Positions 58,869 to 64,000 of a DNA stretch of 64,000 nucleotides are shown here, one piece after another. The DNA lies in the IMG/VR virus record IMGVR_UViG_3300013382_000001, positions 1 through 64,000 of that record; one strand, 5' to 3'. This DNA comes from a virus. Its lineage: Duplodnaviria > Caudoviricetes. The translations under genes and the position numbers were made by a program. The notes beneath the pieces are model-generated. The model did not search any database. It was not told the DNA's origin and saw only the letters and a list, made by a program, of their open reading frames with translations. Within the stretch, counting starts at the first letter, position 1. Every line of letters starts with the position of its first letter.

Positions 58869-59437
58869 CTACATCCCTCCAATTCTCTCGCCACTACTGG
58901 GCGAATTTGTGTTTTAATTTTATATGAAACTGCTTGAACGGATATTCCTTTCATTGCAGCAATTTCAACGCAATTATATCCTTGTCTAAGGAGCTGAAAT
59001 AATTCTAAGTGAGTGATTTTGCTATTAGAATTATAGACTTTATTGCTTAGCTTCTTTTCGATATTATTAAATGCTTGACTAAGCTCTAACTGATTATATT
59101 GTTTTTCTTCTTCACCATATAATTCTTGCAGTTCAAATTCATCTCCACCTTCGTTCCGCAAAAGTTTATCAAAAGACACTATCTGGATGTCTTTAGGAGT
59201 GGTTTTACGCTTTTGGCTACGAATATATTTATATTTCCCATTATCAAGAGCCTTGCGAACTAATGTAGATAATGCCCCTCTGTTTGAATCCCATGCACAC
59301 ACAGCATAACAATAATATTCGAGCAAAATATCAAGCCACTCATCTTCATTCAATCCATTATCATATAGATATTTATATACTAATTTTATATTATCTTCTG
59401 CAATTTTGCGTTGTTCGTCGGTCATTTTTGTTCGCAT
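58865..59437 (-). CDS. Phage sigma-70-family factor
   Basis: AEDNIKLVY region 2; GYNCVEIAAMKGISVQAVS region 4 HTH. Confidence 0.8.
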   Translation of the reverse strand: MRTKMTDEQRKIAEDNIKLVYKYLYDNGLNEDEWLDILLEYYCYAVCAWDSNRGALSTLVRKALDNGKYKYIRSQKRKTTPKDIQIVSFDKLLRNEGGDEFELQELYGEEEKQYNQLELSQAFNNIEKKLSNKVYNSNSKITHLELFQLLRQGYNCVEIAAMKGISVQAVSYKIKTQIRPVVARELEGCR

Positions 59438-61773
59438 TATTTCACCTCCTCTGTCAATAATTCTTTAAGCCAAGTATCTCTAAGTCTTGTTTCATTTACC
59501 TTAAGAGCATTGCTAATCGTTGCAACATCACCAATCTCAACCAACATTTCTTTGGCTCTTGTGAGCGACATATAGCATAAATTCTTTGATAGCATCCGCT
59601 GATGACTTGGATGAGTTAAGAAAATAACCCCTTTAGCCTCACATCCTTGACTTGCGTGACTGGTACAAGCATATGAAAGAAGTAAATTTTCAAGGTCGGA
59701 TTTACGATATACAATCATTTCTTCGTCAAATTGCACCCATACGTTACCTTTGTTATCAATATCTCGGATAAAGCCAATATCTCCATTGTAAATTGTTGCT
59801 TCTTCAGGCTGTTGATTGTTTAAGGTTATAAGTTTATCTTCTGCTTCTAAGACTCTTTTATCATTAGCACCAAATTCGACTTTAAGTCTATCGATATCAC
59901 CTTGCATTTGAACCGATGTTATCCAATGTCTAAACCCTTCTTCAGTTAAAGCATGATAGTTGTTCTTTTTGTTAATTACTTTGTCTCCTATATGATAGTT
60001 AAGCACCTCCATTGGAACTCCAAGTGACTTTGGCAATTTACGGCTTGCAATATCGTCAATTGGGTCTGCCGGATTATACTTTTTTTGAATCGCTTGATTG
60101 ATAGCATAAGTACCGAACTCACCTTTGTTATATGGCGTAAGGATTAGAATATCCTTAGCACGATACTTTTTTCTAAGTTTATCATACTCTTCCAAGACTT
60201 GTTCAAGTGGGCTATCATTTACTTGAACAAACTTATAATCTTTAATTTTACTTGCATTTTCGCAATTTAACTCGCCTGTACTTGTAAGGTATTCTTTCCC
60301 ATTCCGAGCATCTGAGCCAACTGTAGCAATACCCCCAACACCATAACGGAATACCTTTGTGAGTTGCGCACATGGCACAATATGTGAATCCATAAGGTCT
60401 TGAACTAGATTGCCACATTGAATTGAGGCAAGTTGTGCAGAATCAAATACAAGGATGATTTTACTGCAATCTTCAATATTATTAAGTAGTGTTGAAAATA
60501 AGTTTACATCTACCATTGACACCTCATCAATTACAACTACATCTGTATCGATCATTACACCACTTGCTAATTTGCGGTGAATTGTATTTGCTGCTCGACC
60601 TGTTGTTTCGCGAAGACGCTTAGCTGCAATCCCACTTGGAGCAAGAAGAGTGTAAGATTTGTCATTATCTTCAAGTAAGTCAATAAGGGCTTTAACAGAA
60701 CTTGATTTCCCACTACCTGAACTGCCAATCAACATGCTAAAATCATATTTACATATCAGTTCCAAAATACCCATTTGCTCATTAGTAAGTGTAATACTAT
60801 CATTGGAACGATACTTTTCAATATCAACACTCCAAATTTGAGCATTGTTGTTTCTATTTTTTATCGTCTGTGCAATATTACATTCTGATAAATATGTTGC
60901 CATGAGCGACAACTTTTTTGCACCTTCATCATAGTAAATTTTAGCACTTTTTTGCACCAAATCTACAATATATTCATTGAGTTTTGGATTATATTGATTA
61001 ATTACACTTGCAATATCGGCAGCATCAATTCTTGTGTTACCATCCTCTTCATTACACTCAAGTAGATAACAAGTTAGATACAGACATCTCGCTTCAGAAT
61101 CTTCCCACTTCTCATCGTGTTCACATATTGCCCTATCTGTATTTTGAAAATCTCGCCCAAGTACATCTATCAGTACCTCGTATGGCTTGTTATCAATCAT
61201 GTATTGAGCATTTTTAAGCGTTGAATAAGCCGAGCAAAGTTCCCCACATTCCGAAAATGAAAGTGCATAATCGAGGTTATCAAGGTGGAGTTTATAATAT
61301 TTAAACCGCTCATTGACCTTATTGATATACCCTTTTAATCGAATCTCGGCTACATTATGGATATTCTTGTAGTCAATTTTATCCTGTTCACCCATAAGCA
61401 CTAAACGAATAAAGTTCGGATATGCCTCATGCACATATTGGGCTTGGCTATTAGTCATAAAAGATTTAAGCATTTCAGCTTCTTGTTCATCGGTCATTTC
61501 CTCGATGTCATCTATGTTAAAATCTTCTATCTCTGGGAAGCCTATTAACCAATATTCATAGCCATATGAACCCGTCTTCTCTTCGATTTCAATAGTGTAT
61601 TCCTCTCCCACCTCAAGCAGGCTCAAATCACCTTTTAACGTAAAATTCCCATACTTATTGAGGTGTATCTTATCCATATCTGTATTAGCTGGCACACACC
61701 CATAGATAGAGAATGTACCATCTGCATTTGTAAATACATTGCGTACTACTTTACAACGGATTTTTATTTTCAT
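59437..61773 (-). CDS. recD2: RecD2-like SF1B helicase
   Basis: GSSGSGKS, LAPSGIAAKRL, IDEVSMVD, LTKVFR, YNGDIG, YACTSHASQG, YMSLTRAK. Confidence 0.92.
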   Translation of the reverse strand: MKIKIRCKVVRNVFTNADGTFSIYGCVPANTDMDKIHLNKYGNFTLKGDLSLLEVGEEYTIEIEEKTGSYGYEYWLIGFPEIEDFNIDDIEEMTDEQEAEMLKSFMTNSQAQYVHEAYPNFIRLVLMGEQDKIDYKNIHNVAEIRLKGYINKVNERFKYYKLHLDNLDYALSFSECGELCSAYSTLKNAQYMIDNKPYEVLIDVLGRDFQNTDRAICEHDEKWEDSEARCLYLTCYLLECNEEDGNTRIDAADIASVINQYNPKLNEYIVDLVQKSAKIYYDEGAKKLSLMATYLSECNIAQTIKNRNNNAQIWSVDIEKYRSNDSITLTNEQMGILELICKYDFSMLIGSSGSGKSSSVKALIDLLEDNDKSYTLLAPSGIAAKRLRETTGRAANTIHRKLASGVMIDTDVVVIDEVSMVDVNLFSTLLNNIEDCSKIILVFDSAQLASIQCGNLVQDLMDSHIVPCAQLTKVFRYGVGGIATVGSDARNGKEYLTSTGELNCENASKIKDYKFVQVNDSPLEQVLEEYDKLRKKYRAKDILILTPYNKGEFGTYAINQAIQKKYNPADPIDDIASRKLPKSLGVPMEVLNYHIGDKVINKKNNYHALTEEGFRHWITSVQMQGDIDRLKVEFGANDKRVLEAEDKLITLNNQQPEEATIYNGDIGFIRDIDNKGNVWVQFDEEMIVYRKSDLENLLLSYACTSHASQGCEAKGVIFLTHPSHQRMLSKNLCYMSLTRAKEMLVEIGDVATISNALKVNETRLRDTWLKELLTEEVK

Positions 61774-61799
61774 GTCTACTCCTTTCTCCATCTATGGGT

Positions 61800-61828
61800 A
61801 GTATAACATAGGTCTAAGAGTGTGTCAA
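61800..61828 (-). promoter_or_regulatory. sigmaA promoter with extended -10
   Basis: TTGACA-17 nt-TATACT with TG. Confidence 0.75.
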
Positions 61829-61831
61829 GTG

Positions 61832-63139
61832 TTATTTTTCAAAATCTACTCTTTCTAATGCTTTTTCAAAGGCACCGATTCCACTAAATAAACTTATGAC
61901 ATTCATCCCTGTTATAAAGTCATTAGGATAAGCATCGTGTAAACATTTGTATATCTCTTCAAGCACATTTACGACAATAGAGTTACCTGCTTGTTTGTAG
62001 AGCTGTGAATTACTATTAACCTTTTTGGCTCTCTCAAAGTCCTCATCGCTAAATACCATAAGTCTATAACATTCTTTTGGAGTAAGTTTACGGATTCGGA
62101 AATCTTTTGGCGTTAATACTTTGGGTTGTCTATTTCCACCTTCCATTGTGTTAAGTGTTGGGGATAAACCATCTGAACCATAAACCCTACGAATCTGCTC
62201 ATTTCCCTTTATATCTAATAATCCAAGCATTTGAATTTTATTATGCTCATTTTCACATAATTCACTCACACTAAATGCTGACTTATTTGTATCTATCTGT
62301 GGTGTATTGATAAAAAACTGGTCTACTTTATCTTGTTTAATGTAGTACCTCTCTTCAACCTCATTTTCAAGAAAATCTCTTAATCTTAATCCATTATCAA
62401 AAGGTTTCGGGAATAAACTCGTATCATTTCTATCATAATACTTATTATGTGTGATGTGTCCTGTATAATTTTGGTTATTATCAACATCTTCACGCACAGA
62501 AATAGCATAAATACGCTCTCTATTCTGTGGAATATCATAATTTTTCGCATTTAACACTTGATAATAAGTATTATACCCCATATTTTTCATCTCATCAACA
62601 TAAGTATCAAATACAGGTTTGTGTTTTTTAGATAAGACATTTTTAACGTTCTCCCAAATAACGAATTTTGGTTTACAATGTCTGATAATCTCGACCGAAT
62701 TCCATAAGAGGCTTGAACGAGTTCCAGAACTCTTTACTCCACCATGCTGCTTACCGGAAATTGAAAAACTTTGACAAGGCGATCCGTGTGTAATCAAGTC
62801 AATATTGGTTGGCAGTTTATCAATATCAATCTGTGTAATATCACCAAGATTTAATCTTTCATCTACTCCATGTATAGCACAATAACTCTTTACCGCATAC
62901 TTATCAAATTCACAAAAATTCACTAAATTATAATTCATTTTATACTCCTTATATTCTTTTTTATTATCTTTGCCATTTGTATGACTATCTTTTAGGAGTA
63001 CCCCCCCCCCCCCCGAGCAGCATATCCCACCACAGTTTGCTGTAGTTAGTGTAGTACAAATACCATGAGATAAATCAATTAAATCATATGGCGCAAACAC
63101 ACTTGGAATTTTGCCATACTTATCTATCATTTCTTTCAT
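61832..63139 (-). CDS. Circularly permuted C5-cytosine DNA methyltransferase; internal start at 62938; G14-linked N-terminal TRD-like module
   Basis: FCEFD, GSPCQ, ENV, PQNRER, RKLTPKEC, QAGNS, and motif I SLFSGIGAFE at extreme C-terminus; C14 at 63001-63014 on + strand. Confidence 0.9.
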   Translation of the reverse strand: MKEMIDKYGKIPSVFAPYDLIDLSHGICTTLTTANCGGICCSGGGGVLLKDSHTNGKDNKKEYKEYKMNYNLVNFCEFDKYAVKSYCAIHGVDERLNLGDITQIDIDKLPTNIDLITHGSPCQSFSISGKQHGGVKSSGTRSSLLWNSVEIIRHCKPKFVIWENVKNVLSKKHKPVFDTYVDEMKNMGYNTYYQVLNAKNYDIPQNRERIYAISVREDVDNNQNYTGHITHNKYYDRNDTSLFPKPFDNGLRLRDFLENEVEERYYIKQDKVDQFFINTPQIDTNKSAFSVSELCENEHNKIQMLGLLDIKGNEQIRRVYGSDGLSPTLNTMEGGNRQPKVLTPKDFRIRKLTPKECYRLMVFSDEDFERAKKVNSNSQLYKQAGNSIVVNVLEEIYKCLHDAYPNDFITGMNVISLFSGIGAFEKALERVDFEK

Positions 63140-63157
63140 CTTTCTTTCAATCCATAT

Positions 63158-64000
63158 TTATTCTTCCTCCACATCTACATAAGCACTAAGTATATATTCA
63201 AACTCCCCACTTAGCACCCATTTGTCATTAACTTTTTTTCTTTTTTCCTTCGGCTTAAACACGCACTTCATAATACCGCCCATCACATATTTGCCGATAT
63301 TATCTTTTGGTAACGGATGCTCTTCAAAGTATTTCTTATCCATCTTACATTCAATCACACCACCATCATAGAGCCGATAAAGTTTAACAAATGGTGTGCC
63401 ATACTTATTGACTTCGACCCCTTGTAGCGCAAAATAATTCATCGGTGCGCTAAGTGTAGTGAGCATTGTATATCCCATAATCTCGATTTGGTTTTGGATA
63501 AGGGCATATTCACTATCTGGTGGAATGGCATGTTGAGCGAATATCTTGCGACAAAGTGCAAGGTTGTCAAGCTGCGAATATTGTTTTGCGGTTTCTTTAT
63601 CGAAACAACCTTCAACATCAAAGTCGCATGGCTTCTTGAGCGTCTTCTTTGTACCATAGGTGTTGTAGATTTCCTTAGCTATGGTGAGCTGGTTAATTGT
63701 GCCAAATTGGGCAAAGTAGCCGATACGGATAAGTTTGTCAAGTTGTGTTTTGTTAATGCTTAAAGATTTAGCATTAGTCAAGATATCAAAGAAATCTTGC
63801 GGTTGTTCATTTTGTGCATACTCGTATAAGTTGTCACCAATTTGAATATTCATGTCTTTAATTGAGCCAATGCCTTTATAAATTGAATTTTCGCTTTTAT
63901 CCATCCAAAAGTCGCCTTTTGATTTACCAAATACAGGAGGTAAAATCTTGAATCCTTGTTTAATTGCATAATTTGTAATCGCTTGGCTTTTAAGTTTGTC
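63158..64000 (-). CDS. dnaE: DNA polymerase III alpha subunit, C-terminal part (runs off window)
   Basis: ILPPVFGKSK...IYKGIGSIK...LDKLIRIGYF; frame open to window edge. Confidence 0.8.
   Translation of the reverse strand, partial: DKLKSQAITNYAIKQGFKILPPVFGKSKGDFWMDKSENSIYKGIGSIKDMNIQIGDNLYEYAQNEQPQDFFDILTNAKSLSINKTQLDKLIRIGYFAQFGTINQLTIAKEIYNTYGTKKTLKKPCDFDVEGCFDKETAKQYSQLDNLALCRKIFAQHAIPPDSEYALIQNQIEIMGYTMLTTLSAPMNYFALQGVEVNKYGTPFVKLYRLYDGGVIECKMDKKYFEEHPLPKDNIGKYVMGGIMKCVFKPKEKRKKVNDKWVLSGEFEYILSAYVDVEEE

Overview
AT-rich 64 kb segment of a large tailed phage of Bacillota/Firmicutes with SPbeta-like gene order. 1-1.26 kb is non-coding (C-rich tract, a cluster of GNA/GNRA mini-hairpins and palindromes; origin or terminus candidate). 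A short accessory block follows, then a YonO-like single-subunit RNA polymerase split by a group I intron (GIY-YIG endonuclease), HU and a metallophosphoesterase. An RNA island holds 3 tRNAs, a ~620-nt ROOL-like RNA closed by a 27-bp helix, and other structured RNAs. Lysis, packaging, head and tail modules lie on the + strand (tape measure split by an ORF-less group I intron). A convergent - strand block encodes dUTPase, HAD nucleotidase, Gmk, ThyX, NrdJ (third group I intron, LAGLIDADG), a sigma factor, RecD2, a C5 methyltransferase and the DnaE C-terminus. The two most unusual observations: (1) a circularly permuted C5-methyltransferase (motif I at the C-terminus) with an extra TRD-like module joined through a G14 tract; (2) six candidate receptor-binding genes sharing only a short N-terminal G-x-[TSAC]-N peptide, three copies of a matching adaptor-like domain, and G-tracts (G18, G9, GGAGGGGG) suggesting phase-variable, plug-in host-recognition modules. 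All family calls are from motif recognition by eye; no database search was run.
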